Source of the DNA: a virus | Lineage: Duplodnaviria > Heunggongvirae > Uroviricota > Caudoviricetes > Schitoviridae | DNA length: 64,000 bases | Strand: one strand, 5' to 3' | Virus record (IMG/VR): IMGVR_UViG_2595698411_000001 | Coordinates: 37,241 to 101,240 of that record | Shown: positions 44,337 through 53,408 of the stretch, in pieces | Position numbering within the stretch: the stretch's first letter is position 1 | How the letters are laid out: the number at the start of each line of letters is the position of its first letter | The notes under the pieces: generated by a model | Seen by the model: the letters and a program-made list of their open reading frames with translations, nothing else | The model's database searches: none | Told to the model about the DNA's origin: nothing | Made by a program: the position numbers and the translations under genes

Positions 44337-45760
44337 ATTTTACAACCGAACAACAAGCAGTAATCGATTACGTTAAACAAGACGATAAAGAACCACTAGT
44401 TCTCATAGACTCTGTAGCTGGCAGCGGCAAAACAACTGTACTTAAAGGTATTGCTGACGCCGTAGGAGGCAAAAACTCTTTATACTTAGCATATAACAAA
44501 GCGATAGCCACTGAGTCAAAAAGAAAGTTTCCTAAAAACGTCAACTGCAGAACTACTCATTCTCTTGCGTACGGAGCTACTGTACGCTCTATGGGACTGT
44601 CTGTTGGCTTCTTTGGGCCTCGCGACGTTAAAGAAAAAATGCCTTACAAACAAAAACACTTGCTTGCAGAAGACATTCGCCGTTTCTGCTTGTCGTCGCA
44701 CCTGTCGTATGACGAATTTGCAGAAGAGATTGGCGCAGAAAACGCTGACCTAGCTAACAAGTACTTAAACTTAATGTCTACAGGCGCTATCGACTGTACG
44801 CATGATTTTTATTTAAAAATGTTTCATATGCTTTTAGCGTCAGACGATATAGAGTGTCCTACATATGACCTAGTCATGCTAGACGAGGCAGGTGACCTTA
44901 ACGAGGTGACGTTAGAAATCTTTATGCTGCTTCCGGCTAAGCTTAAAGTAGCTGTCGGTGACCCGCACCAAAACATTTACACGTTTAATCACACAATCAA
45001 CTGCTTTGAAAAACTTGAAGGTATGGGCAAAACATTTAAGCTACCTAAATCTTTCCGTGTACCTAAAAGCATAGCCGCGCCTGTAGAACAGTTCTGCAAA
45101 ACTTATCTAAACCCTGACATGATGTTTGAAGGCATAGAAGATAATCCTGATGCTGCTATCAAAACTAGGGGCTATATCTCTCGCACAAACAGCGCACTAG
45201 TTAATAAGATCATTGAGCTTAACGCAGAACAAACGCCTTATGGTTTAGTACGCAAAGCGCAAGAAATCTTTAAACTTCCTCTTATGGTTGCCGGTTTAAA
45301 GTACCAAGGTAAAATCTACGACCCTGCTTACACGCATGTACAAAAAGACGTGGATGACTGGACAGAAAACGTAGACAATATCAAACGTACACAACCTACT
45401 TTGTACGGCTACTTGCGGTCTATCTACGAAGACGACATAGCTCTTATTAACGCTATCAACATCGTAGCGCAGCACGGCAAAAATGCTATTTTTGAAGCTT
45501 ACGCTGAGGCTAAAAACCACGAGAGCAAGAAACAAGATTTACTTTTGCTTACAGCGCACTCTTCTAAAGGTCTGGAGTTTGACCAGGTAGTGCTTGCACC
45601 TGATATGAATGCTTCTATCGATGCAGCCAAAGCGCAAGTGCTAGAAGATCCTGAAACTGTGCTATCAGCGCAAGACAGAGAGTCTTTGAACTTGTACTAC
45701 GTGGCGTGTACTCGTGCACTGGTTAAATTAACAAACGCAAATCACCTAAGAAAGGCCTAG
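44333..45760 (+). CDS. SF1 DNA helicase (Dda/RecD-like)
   Basis: Walker A DSVAGSGKTTVL, Walker B VMLDEAGDL, and C-terminal LTAHSSKGLEFDQVVL (motifs V/VI). Confidence 0.65.
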   Translation: MNFTTEQQAVIDYVKQDDKEPLVLIDSVAGSGKTTVLKGIADAVGGKNSLYLAYNKAIATESKRKFPKNVNCRTTHSLAYGATVRSMGLSVGFFGPRDVKEKMPYKQKHLLAEDIRRFCLSSHLSYDEFAEEIGAENADLANKYLNLMSTGAIDCTHDFYLKMFHMLLASDDIECPTYDLVMLDEAGDLNEVTLEIFMLLPAKLKVAVGDPHQNIYTFNHTINCFEKLEGMGKTFKLPKSFRVPKSIAAPVEQFCKTYLNPDMMFEGIEDNPDAAIKTRGYISRTNSALVNKIIELNAEQTPYGLVRKAQEIFKLPLMVAGLKYQGKIYDPAYTHVQKDVDDWTENVDNIKRTQPTLYGYLRSIYEDDIALINAINIVAQHGKNAIFEAYAEAKNHESKKQDLLLLTAHSSKGLEFDQVVLAPDMNASIDAAKAQVLEDPETVLSAQDRESLNLYYVACTRALVKLTNANHLRKA

Positions 45761-45762
45761 TT

Positions 45763-46434
45763 ATGAAAGTTACACGAAGTATTGAAGTAAGTTACAAGCA
45801 TACTAACGATGCTGGTGTAGCCCAAAAATGGCTTAATGACACGCCAAACCTTATAGCCGCTGACTTAGAGACTGCAATACGTTATTCAGAAGAAGAAGTA
45901 ACGCAAGCTAAGCTAGACGCGGCAAACGAGGAGCTGTCTAAAGCAGATAGGATAGCCGCTACCGCAATAGCCAATGCTACTCCGTTAAACCACCCGTATC
46001 ACTGCACTATTACACACTGCAGTATTGCTACCAGTGAAAAAGACGGACTAGTTTTTATTATCGACAATCAAGACATTGCTGACGTCGTATTTGATTACCT
46101 CACCACTACTGAGGCAACACAAGTATGGCACAACTACAGTTACGATGGTCGGTTTATTAAATACTATGGAGGCGGCTACCCTAAAAACCTGCAAGACAGC
46201 CAAATACTGGCTAAAACACTTTTAAACAATGTTGAAGTGTTTAAGGCTCGTACAGGTTTGAAAGACCTTGCAGGAGGTTGGTACGGAGATTGGGGTATTG
46301 ATTCTGATAACTTTACCTTAGCGCAGCAGTACGATGAAAAAGTCCTTAAGTACGCCGCTACTGACGCCTGTGCTACTTACAAACTATGGGAATACTTAAA
46401 TGTCTTTATCGCAGATGAGTTTGCAAAAGAGTGA
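45763..46434 (+). CDS. DnaQ-like 3'-5' exonuclease domain of family A DNA polymerase (separate ORF)
   Basis: Exo I LIAADLETA (DxE), Exo II WHNYSYDGRF, Exo III KYAATDACATYKLWEYL. Confidence 0.65.
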   Translation: MKVTRSIEVSYKHTNDAGVAQKWLNDTPNLIAADLETAIRYSEEEVTQAKLDAANEELSKADRIAATAIANATPLNHPYHCTITHCSIATSEKDGLVFIIDNQDIADVVFDYLTTTEATQVWHNYSYDGRFIKYYGGGYPKNLQDSQILAKTLLNNVEVFKARTGLKDLAGGWYGDWGIDSDNFTLAQQYDEKVLKYAATDACATYKLWEYLNVFIADEFAKE

Positions 46435-48250
46435 TAAGGTTTATAGCCCTCACGATCAATTACCTGCGCCTGAACCTACAGGCCAACACTACCCGGTAGG
46501 CTACTTTTACGAGAACACCGCACGTCATCTTATTAAAGATGCTGTGCGTATTATGGATAACGGCCTAGCTATCAATATAGACAAAGTCGTGGAGCTTGAG
46601 CAAGTGCTTGAGGACCAAATAGACGAAATCGATAAAGAGCTGGAAGCTAACCCTTTAATACAAGAGTTTATAGCTGAAAAGCGTAAGTACCTTGTAGAAG
46701 AGTATATAAAAAAGTGTAAAAGCAGTTTTAGAGACCCTTCTCACTATTTGACCGAGTTTAAGCCTAAAGATATGACGCATAGAAGCTACTTCATGCACGT
46801 ATACGCAAAAGCTCAAGGTTGGGGCAACCCGTCAGATACATACCCTTCTGGAGTGTCTAAGTGGCCCGCAAAACTAGTGAAGAAGTACGCTAAAACAAAC
46901 CGTCTTCTGCAGATGCTTCTTGACGGTACTATTCCGCAAGAAACCCCTGCCGTTGTAGAAGCTATGAAGCTCTTGGCTTTACACAAAGCAGATACCTACA
47001 ACGAAAAGTACGTAGAAAAAGTCAAGAACCCTCAAGTTCCTAAACCTAAACTAAACCCAGGCTCTGCCCAACAAAAGCAGCAGCTGTTTGACTACCTAGG
47101 TATCGAATCAGAGACCATGTCCAAAAAGACAGGTCTTCCATCGTGGGATCGAGACGAGATTGAACGAGTAAACCGTATTACCAAAGACGAAAACGTAAAG
47201 AAACTTACACAGTCGTTTATTGACTACTCGTTTGCCGCTATCGTGCGAAATAACTTTATCGCGGCTTTTTATACTTTTACTGTAGAAGACCGCCTGTACG
47301 GCCAGTACAAGCTGCTAGGGGCTAAAACCGGTAGATTTACTAGTAGTAGCCCTAACATGCTCAACATGCCTTCTACACGCTCTCGTTTTGCTAAACCCGT
47401 CAAACGATGTTTTGTCGCTCCAGAAGGTAAGATTATACTGGCTGCTGATTACAGCGCACTAGAAGATCGTGTAATTGCTTGCTTATCTAGGGACGTCAAC
47501 AAGTGCAACATATTCTTAAAAGGTCTAGACGGCCACTCTCTGAATGCACTAGGTTATTTTAACGATGAGATAGCCGAAATAATGGACATAACGGGCGACA
47601 TGACTGTCGACGCTACTATGTTTAAATCCATTGTAGACGACAAGAACCCTATAGCAGACGCAATTCGACAGAAAGGTAAACCCGTGACGTTCGGCCTGTC
47701 TTATGGTGCTTATCCGCCCAAGATTGCCAAAGAACTAGGTATTAGCGTTGGTGAGGCTCAAGAAATTTTTGATAATTACCACAACGTTCTATATCCCGGC
47801 ATTACCGAGTATCGAGAAGACTATGTCTTAGCTACGGCGCTTGAAGAAGGAGAAATCCACCTAGGTTTAGGGTTTATTATTAAGTCTGATGACCCTGAAT
47901 CGCACATTAGAACGCTAGCTAACGCTACTTGTCAGTTCTGGTCAATACTTACCGCACTGACAATTAACAAGATGCACATCTTAATAGATGAAGCAGGTTA
48001 CGAAGATGACGTTAAAGTAATCTCTACAATTTATGACTCTATTTATTTTGAAGTGACCGAGAACCCTGTTATCATAAAATGGGTTAACGACAACTTGATA
48101 GATGTGATGTCGACTGACTTCATGGAAGACCAAATTATTCAAAATGAAGCAGAAAGCGACATTGGTTACAACTGGGCAGACATGCTAACTATCCCCAATA
48201 AAGCCTCAGTCGAACAAATTGCAGAGACGTTAGAAAAACTAGCGGCATAG
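46400..48250 (+). CDS. DNA polymerase I-type polymerase domain (family A)
   Basis: Motif A AADYSALEDRVIA (DYSQIELR). Motif B RQKGKPVTFGLSYGAYPPKIAKELGIS (RxxxKxxxFGxxYG). The listed start overlaps the exo ORF by 35 nt in a different frame. Confidence 0.75.
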   Translation: MSLSQMSLQKSDKVYSPHDQLPAPEPTGQHYPVGYFYENTARHLIKDAVRIMDNGLAINIDKVVELEQVLEDQIDEIDKELEANPLIQEFIAEKRKYLVEEYIKKCKSSFRDPSHYLTEFKPKDMTHRSYFMHVYAKAQGWGNPSDTYPSGVSKWPAKLVKKYAKTNRLLQMLLDGTIPQETPAVVEAMKLLALHKADTYNEKYVEKVKNPQVPKPKLNPGSAQQKQQLFDYLGIESETMSKKTGLPSWDRDEIERVNRITKDENVKKLTQSFIDYSFAAIVRNNFIAAFYTFTVEDRLYGQYKLLGAKTGRFTSSSPNMLNMPSTRSRFAKPVKRCFVAPEGKIILAADYSALEDRVIACLSRDVNKCNIFLKGLDGHSLNALGYFNDEIAEIMDITGDMTVDATMFKSIVDDKNPIADAIRQKGKPVTFGLSYGAYPPKIAKELGISVGEAQEIFDNYHNVLYPGITEYREDYVLATALEEGEIHLGLGFIIKSDDPESHIRTLANATCQFWSILTALTINKMHILIDEAGYEDDVKVISTIYDSIYFEVTENPVIIKWVNDNLIDVMSTDFMEDQIIQNEAESDIGYNWADMLTIPNKASVEQIAETLEKLAA

Positions 48251-48381
48251 CTACAAAATACGAGCAAGGCCTCCTATAGCCTGTTGAGCCTATCCGGTGG
48301 GGTGCTCGATAAACACCGGAGACCTTATTTACAGTAAAATCCTCCCTAGTGGAGGATTTATTGACTCTAGCCAGGAATAAC

Positions 48382-48792
48382 ATGATTAAAATTACTTTGC
48401 CTATCTACTGGACCCAGCACTTTAAGACTAAAAAAGATAAGACTGTGTTAGTAGGCATGAACTGGTACCGCAACGCTTTTTACATAGTACAAAATAAAAT
48501 GAAACAAAAGTTTAGCGGACTTGTTGAAGACCAGTTAGACGGTACAAGAATACAAGGGCCTTACACCCTTCACATCGACCTCTACTACAAAAACCCTACA
48601 TGCGATGGTTCCAACATTGTAGCTCTTATGGAAAAAGTGGCTCTAGATGCGCTACAGCATAACAAGGCAGTTGAGCAAGACAATGTGTTATTTCACCTTG
48701 GCACGACGTGGAATGTAGCAGGGCGAGACAAAGAAAATCCGAGATGTGAAATCTCGATTTTAGCCAAACAGACAGGAGACAATAAGTGCTAG
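48382..48792 (+). CDS. rusA: RusA-like Holliday junction resolvase
   Basis: CDGSNIVALMEKVALDALQH matches RusA DxDNxxKxxxDAL. The start is trimmed to the ATG preceded by AGGAA. Confidence 0.5.
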   Translation: MIKITLPIYWTQHFKTKKDKTVLVGMNWYRNAFYIVQNKMKQKFSGLVEDQLDGTRIQGPYTLHIDLYYKNPTCDGSNIVALMEKVALDALQHNKAVEQDNVLFHLGTTWNVAGRDKENPRCEISILAKQTGDNKC

Positions 48793-50507
48793 ATTTTGCA
48801 AAAGAGCTGCTAAAAAAGCATTACTGCCGACCGAATGAAACAATAGCCGAGGCGTTTAAGCGAGCTAGTGACTGTTTTAGTTCGGACCCCGAGCATAGCC
48901 ATAGGCTGCAAGACTACCTTCAAAAAGAGTGGTTTATGTACAGTTCGCCTATTCTCAGTAACGCGCCTGCTAAAGGTGAAACGTCAAAAGGCATGCCTAT
49001 TAGCTGCTTCTTGACTTACGTACCGGACAGTATTGACGGGTTGTGCGAACATACTTCAGAAGAGCGATGGCTATCTGTCAAAGGAGGCGGCGTAGGCGGT
49101 CACTGGTCAGACGTACGAGCTATATCTGATAAAACCCCAGGTGTTAACGGTTTCTTGCACACAGTAGACGCTGACATGCTTGCATACCGACAAGGCAAAA
49201 CACGTCGAGGGAGCTACGCGGCGTACCTGGATGTTAGCCATCCTGAGATTGTAGAATTTGTGAAAATGCGTACACCGACAGGTGACCTAAACCGCAAAAA
49301 CCTCAATCTTCACCATGGTGTAAATATTACTGACGACTTTATTGACGCAGTAAACAACAACCTTAATTGGCAGCTAAAAGACACCCACAACGGCAAAGTT
49401 GTAGAAAACCTGCCGGCTCGCCAGCTCTGGGAAGAAATTCTTACTACTCGTTTTCGTACTGGCGAGCCGTACTTAAACTTTGTAGATGAGGCTAACCGTC
49501 GTATGCACCCTGCGCTTCAGCATTTGAAGATCCACGGCAGTAACTTGTGCAACGAAATTCATTTGCCTACAGACGAAAACCGTACTGCGGTATGCTGTCT
49601 GTCTTCAGTGAATCTAGGCAAATACGATGAGTGGAAAGACGACAAGTTGTTTATTGGCGACCTTATTGAGATGCTAGATAACGTACTAGAGTATTTCATA
49701 GAAAATGCCCCGGCCCCTCTGGCCAGAGCAAAATACTCTGCCATGCGCGAGCGTTCTCTTGGCCTAGGTGCCATGGGTTTCCATGATTACCTAATGCAGA
49801 AAAACGTACCGTTTGAGTCGTCGATAGCTATATCGATTAATAAAAGTATGTTTAAAAACATCAAATCGAACGCTGTTGCCAAAACTCGTGAACTAGCGGT
49901 TACTCGCGGTCCTGCCCCTGACGCAGAAGAGTACGGAGTACGTAACACGCACTTATTGGCTATTGCCCCTAACGCAAACAGCTCTATCATACTGGGCGTA
50001 AGTGCTTCTATCGAGCCTAGAGCGTCTAACTGCTACACGCACAAAACGCGCGTAGGCAGCCACCTAGTTAAAAACCCTGCTCTAGAAAAAGTGCTGGACC
50101 AGCATGGCCAGAATAACGAAGATGTATGGAAATCTATCATGCAAAATGATGGTTCTGTAAAGCATCTAACGTTTTTGACCAAAGACGAAAAAGAGGTTTT
50201 CAAAACTGCGCCAGAACTAGATCAACACTGGGTTGTTGAGATGTCTCGTGCACGTCAAGGTGAGATCTGTCAAGGCCAGTCTGTTAACTTGCACTTCCCT
50301 GCAGGCGCCAATAAAGCGTATGTTAATGCTGTGCATCGTAGAGCATTTAAACCTGCAGACGACGTAGGCGTTCCGCTTAAAGGTCTTTATTATCTGCGTA
50401 CAGAAGCTAGTGCTAAGACAGAAAATGTCAGTGTCCAAGTAAAACGAGACGCGCTTAAAGACGGCGTACAAGGTTCACTAGATACATGCTTAGCATGTGA
50501 AGGGTAG
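48786..50507 (+). CDS. nrdA: ribonucleotide reductase large subunit (class I NrdA-type, no ATP cone)
   Basis: GSNLCNEIHLP...TAVCCLSSVNL is the active-site Cys-Asn-Glu region. The C-terminus ends ...CLACEG. Confidence 0.7.
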   Translation: MLDFAKELLKKHYCRPNETIAEAFKRASDCFSSDPEHSHRLQDYLQKEWFMYSSPILSNAPAKGETSKGMPISCFLTYVPDSIDGLCEHTSEERWLSVKGGGVGGHWSDVRAISDKTPGVNGFLHTVDADMLAYRQGKTRRGSYAAYLDVSHPEIVEFVKMRTPTGDLNRKNLNLHHGVNITDDFIDAVNNNLNWQLKDTHNGKVVENLPARQLWEEILTTRFRTGEPYLNFVDEANRRMHPALQHLKIHGSNLCNEIHLPTDENRTAVCCLSSVNLGKYDEWKDDKLFIGDLIEMLDNVLEYFIENAPAPLARAKYSAMRERSLGLGAMGFHDYLMQKNVPFESSIAISINKSMFKNIKSNAVAKTRELAVTRGPAPDAEEYGVRNTHLLAIAPNANSSIILGVSASIEPRASNCYTHKTRVGSHLVKNPALEKVLDQHGQNNEDVWKSIMQNDGSVKHLTFLTKDEKEVFKTAPELDQHWVVEMSRARQGEICQGQSVNLHFPAGANKAYVNAVHRRAFKPADDVGVPLKGLYYLRTEASAKTENVSVQVKRDALKDGVQGSLDTCLACEG

Positions 50508-50513
50508 TAAATT

Positions 50514-51443
50514 ATGTTAAACGAACTAAGCACAACCTATAAACCATTGCGATATCCCCAGGCCGAAGAGTTTCGTCTTCAGTCTGAAGATATCCATTGG
50601 ATCGTAAAAGAAGTAGAAATGACTAAAGACCTAGAGGACTTTAAAGCTGCTTCTGAAGAAGAAAAAGAGTTTATCAAGAATATCCTCTCCATCTTCACAC
50701 AATCGGACTTCAACGTAGCTAATAACTACTTACCTTTGATCCAGGAGATAAAAAACAACGAAGTCCGCGGTATGCTCACCAGCTTTATGGCGCGTGAGTT
50801 TATCCACCAAGAGGGTTATGCCCACCTTAACGAGTCGTTAGGGTTCCCTGACAGCTATTACACGGATTTCTTAAAGCACCAAGAAACGCTTGAAAAAAAT
50901 TCGTATATGGCCACAACCAAGCATAAAAGTTTTGGTCTAAAACTAGCCAAGGGCATTTTGCTCGAAGGCGTGAGTCTGTTCGGTTCGTTCGTTATGCTCA
51001 AAAACTATGAGCGTTTGGGAAAGTACTTAGGTACCTGTACAATTAACGAATGGTCGCTTAGAGATGAGTCTTTACATGTAATGGGTAACGCTTGGTTATT
51101 CCGTACATGGTGTAAAGAAAACCCGCAAGAAGTAAACGATGATTTCAAAAAAGCTATTTATGAAATGGCAAGAGAGATTACTAAACTAGAGCAAAACTTT
51201 ATTGATTTTGCTATGGAATCGTATACTCCTCCTAAGCTGAATAGGCAGGATGTTAAAAATTACATCGAGCATATTGCCGACAGGCGTCTGCTACAGTTGG
51301 GACTAAAGCCCAATTTCAACCGTATTGTCAATCCATTACCGTGGATGGACGAGTTGAATAATGGCAGTTCTTTAGCTAACTTCTTTGAGAAGCGTGTTAC
51401 AGACTACTCAGTAGCAGGTATGACGGGTAAGTTTACTTACTAG
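50514..51443 (+). CDS. nrdB: ribonucleotide reductase small subunit (NrdB)
   Basis: FMAREFIHQEGYAHL has Glu/His iron ligands. LEGVSLFGSFVMLKNY matches EG.FFSGSF. Confidence 0.65.
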   Translation: MLNELSTTYKPLRYPQAEEFRLQSEDIHWIVKEVEMTKDLEDFKAASEEEKEFIKNILSIFTQSDFNVANNYLPLIQEIKNNEVRGMLTSFMAREFIHQEGYAHLNESLGFPDSYYTDFLKHQETLEKNSYMATTKHKSFGLKLAKGILLEGVSLFGSFVMLKNYERLGKYLGTCTINEWSLRDESLHVMGNAWLFRTWCKENPQEVNDDFKKAIYEMAREITKLEQNFIDFAMESYTPPKLNRQDVKNYIEHIADRRLLQLGLKPNFNRIVNPLPWMDELNNGSSLANFFEKRVTDYSVAGMTGKFTY

Positions 51444-51468
51444 TTCATACGCGTCACCACAATATAAG

Positions 51469-51495
51469 AAGGGGCCTTTAGGCTCCTTTTTTATC
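51469..51495 (+). terminator. rho-independent terminator
   Basis: AAGGGGCC-ttta-GGCTCCTT followed by TTTTTT. Confidence 0.65.
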
Positions 51496-51514
51496 TTTCA
51501 ACAAAAGGAATATT

Positions 51515-51811
51515 ATGAACGACAACCAAAATTCTGCACAAGTTAAAGGCACGTTTCATACTCAGGCTAACCTTTCTCAAGCCTTGACTGCCGTAGTCAA
51601 AAGACACTATGAAAGTCTTAACTCGGGCAAACAAATGCCTCCGTTTATACTAGAGGCCTTGTCTTTGATGATGCACAATGTTGCATCTGTAGTAGACAAC
51701 AATCTTTACGATTTAGAAAAGTGGAACAGGATCTCAGACTTGCCAAAAGAAGTAATTAATATTATTGAGCAAGCAGTCCCGGCGCCAAAAAAGGAGGAAG
51801 GTAATGAATAG
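51515..51811 (+). CDS. hypothetical protein
   Basis: 98-aa ORF. Confidence 0.45.
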   Translation: MNDNQNSAQVKGTFHTQANLSQALTAVVKRHYESLNSGKQMPPFILEALSLMMHNVASVVDNNLYDLEKWNRISDLPKEVINIIEQAVPAPKKEEGNE

Positions 51812-52397
51812 TCTTAGCCCTGACTCGAAAGAAAAAACACAGAAACGTGTTTGGGAGTATCCCGTTCCTATTGTGAAAGGGGATAACCCGGAACAAGTCG
51901 ATGCGTACTTAACAGGCACCATTGATGAACCTAGCTACTATAACGAGCTTTGCCATGTTTTAGGTACGGCTGAAGAAGGCCACTCAGTAACGCTGCACAT
52001 CAACACCCCTGGCGGTATTGTAGATACAGCGCTGATGGTGGCTGAAGCCATCGAAAACTCCAAAGCTTCAGTAACAGCTAACATTTACGGTACAGTCGCT
52101 TCAGCGGGCACTGTTATCGCTTTGGCTTGTGATGACCTAGTGACTTCGCGTCATGTGTCATTCATGATCCACAACTACTCTGGCGGTATGCAGGGTAAAG
52201 GCCACGAAATGAAAGCGCGTCAGAAATACACTGATGCCCATTTGTCTAGTGTCTTTAATTACTACTATGGAGGCTTCTTAACAGAAGAGGAAATGGAACG
52301 CGTAATTGAAGGCAGCGACATTTGGATCGGCGCTGAAGAAGTGGCCAAACGCTGGCAGGACAAACTCAAGAAGGCGGAGGGTTCAGATAATGGCTGA
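51804..52397 (+). CDS. ClpP-family serine protease
   Basis: TLHINTPGGIVDTALMVAEAIE...ANIYGTVASAGTVIALACD...MIHNYSGG gives a ClpP-like Ser/His catalytic arrangement. Trimmed to ATG 51804, preceded by AAGGAGG. Confidence 0.55.
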   Translation: MNSLSPDSKEKTQKRVWEYPVPIVKGDNPEQVDAYLTGTIDEPSYYNELCHVLGTAEEGHSVTLHINTPGGIVDTALMVAEAIENSKASVTANIYGTVASAGTVIALACDDLVTSRHVSFMIHNYSGGMQGKGHEMKARQKYTDAHLSSVFNYYYGGFLTEEEMERVIEGSDIWIGAEEVAKRWQDKLKKAEGSDNG

Positions 52398-52962
52398 TGA
52401 ACCTACCCTTCAAGAGGACTACTTGCAAAAAATGATGGGGCAGTTTATCACACCTGATGAGCCTACCATCAAATTAACGCCTAAACGCTCTACTGCAGAA
52501 AGTGTGCAAGAAGTTATTCTAGCGCACATTTGCGGTTTACTGGACAGAGACGAGCTTACACCGCCCGAATCTGGCCTATTAGGCACGCTACTGGCCCATA
52601 GCCAACTAGAGCCTAGTGGTCGCACTTTTGTCGATGACATTGTTAAGTTCAATGAAGATCGAAACCTTAAGGTTTTCAATCCTGACAACGAACGACGCAT
52701 GATCGAAAAAGAGCTAGATGAATTTAGCGTAGGCGCTAAAACTAACGACCCTCACGAAATGGTTGACGGCCTTTGTGATGTTGTAGTCTTTGCGCTTGGT
52801 GCAATTCATAAGATGGGCTATTGTCCTACTCAGTGCATGGAAGAAACTTTGAAAGAAGTTTTAAGCCGTAAAGGTGAACTAGATCCTAGCACCGGTAAGT
52901 GGGAGAAAGACCCTAACCAAGACCCGAGTACTCTGTACAAGGCTAACTACACAAAGAGGTAG
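52390..52962 (+). CDS. MazG-like nucleoside triphosphate pyrophosphohydrolase
   Basis: IEKELDEFSVGAKTNDPHEMVDGLCDVVVFALG resembles the MazG EExxE...E..D metal-binding helix pair. Trimmed to the ATG preceded by GGAGGG. Confidence 0.45.
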   Translation: MADEPTLQEDYLQKMMGQFITPDEPTIKLTPKRSTAESVQEVILAHICGLLDRDELTPPESGLLGTLLAHSQLEPSGRTFVDDIVKFNEDRNLKVFNPDNERRMIEKELDEFSVGAKTNDPHEMVDGLCDVVVFALGAIHKMGYCPTQCMEETLKEVLSRKGELDPSTGKWEKDPNQDPSTLYKANYTKR

Positions 52963-52965
52963 CCT

Positions 52966-53241
52966 ATGGAATACCTAGTTTTAGGTTTAGTAGTAGCGGT
53001 CAACTTTATCATCGTTAAGATGAAGGCTGACCGTGGACGATGGGAAGATGCGCTGTTCGACTTGGGTACGCTCATAGTTGTTATGGCGCTGTTCTCTGGG
53101 TCATACGCAGGGCTTATTGTGGGCTCTGTCGCTTCTTTGTTCATCAGCATTTACTTCTTTGCAAGTCCCCCGACTTTCTTTAGCGGAAAGAACGGGTTCT
53201 TGCAGAAGTTTATCAGCAGAGCAAAGAGGACACGCCCATGA
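52966..53241 (+). CDS. small membrane protein (2 TM)
   Basis: 91 aa with helices LVLGLVVAVNFIIV and LIVVMALFSGSYAGLIVGSVASLFISIYFF. Confidence 0.45.
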   Translation: MEYLVLGLVVAVNFIIVKMKADRGRWEDALFDLGTLIVVMALFSGSYAGLIVGSVASLFISIYFFASPPTFFSGKNGFLQKFISRAKRTRP

Positions 53242-53408
53242 TTACCGACCTATTCCAGTCTGTAGGCATACTATTCTGCATTCTTATATGTGTAGCAATA
53301 GTAGCCGTAGTAATGTACTTATCGTACATTTTAGGAATAGGTCTAGTAATCGCTGGCCTGCTTTTTGTGATCTACCATATCGTTAGTTTAATGAAACGTC
53401 ATACGTAG
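53238..53408 (+). CDS. small membrane protein (56 aa, 2 TM; not in the supplied ORF track)
   Basis: Translated by hand: MITDLFQSVGILFCILICVAIVAVVMYLSYILGIGLVIAGLLFVIYHIVSLMKRHT*. It overlaps the 3' end of the convergent vRNAP gene by 26 nt. Confidence 0.35.
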   Translation: MITDLFQSVGILFCILICVAIVAVVMYLSYILGIGLVIAGLLFVIYHIVSLMKRHT

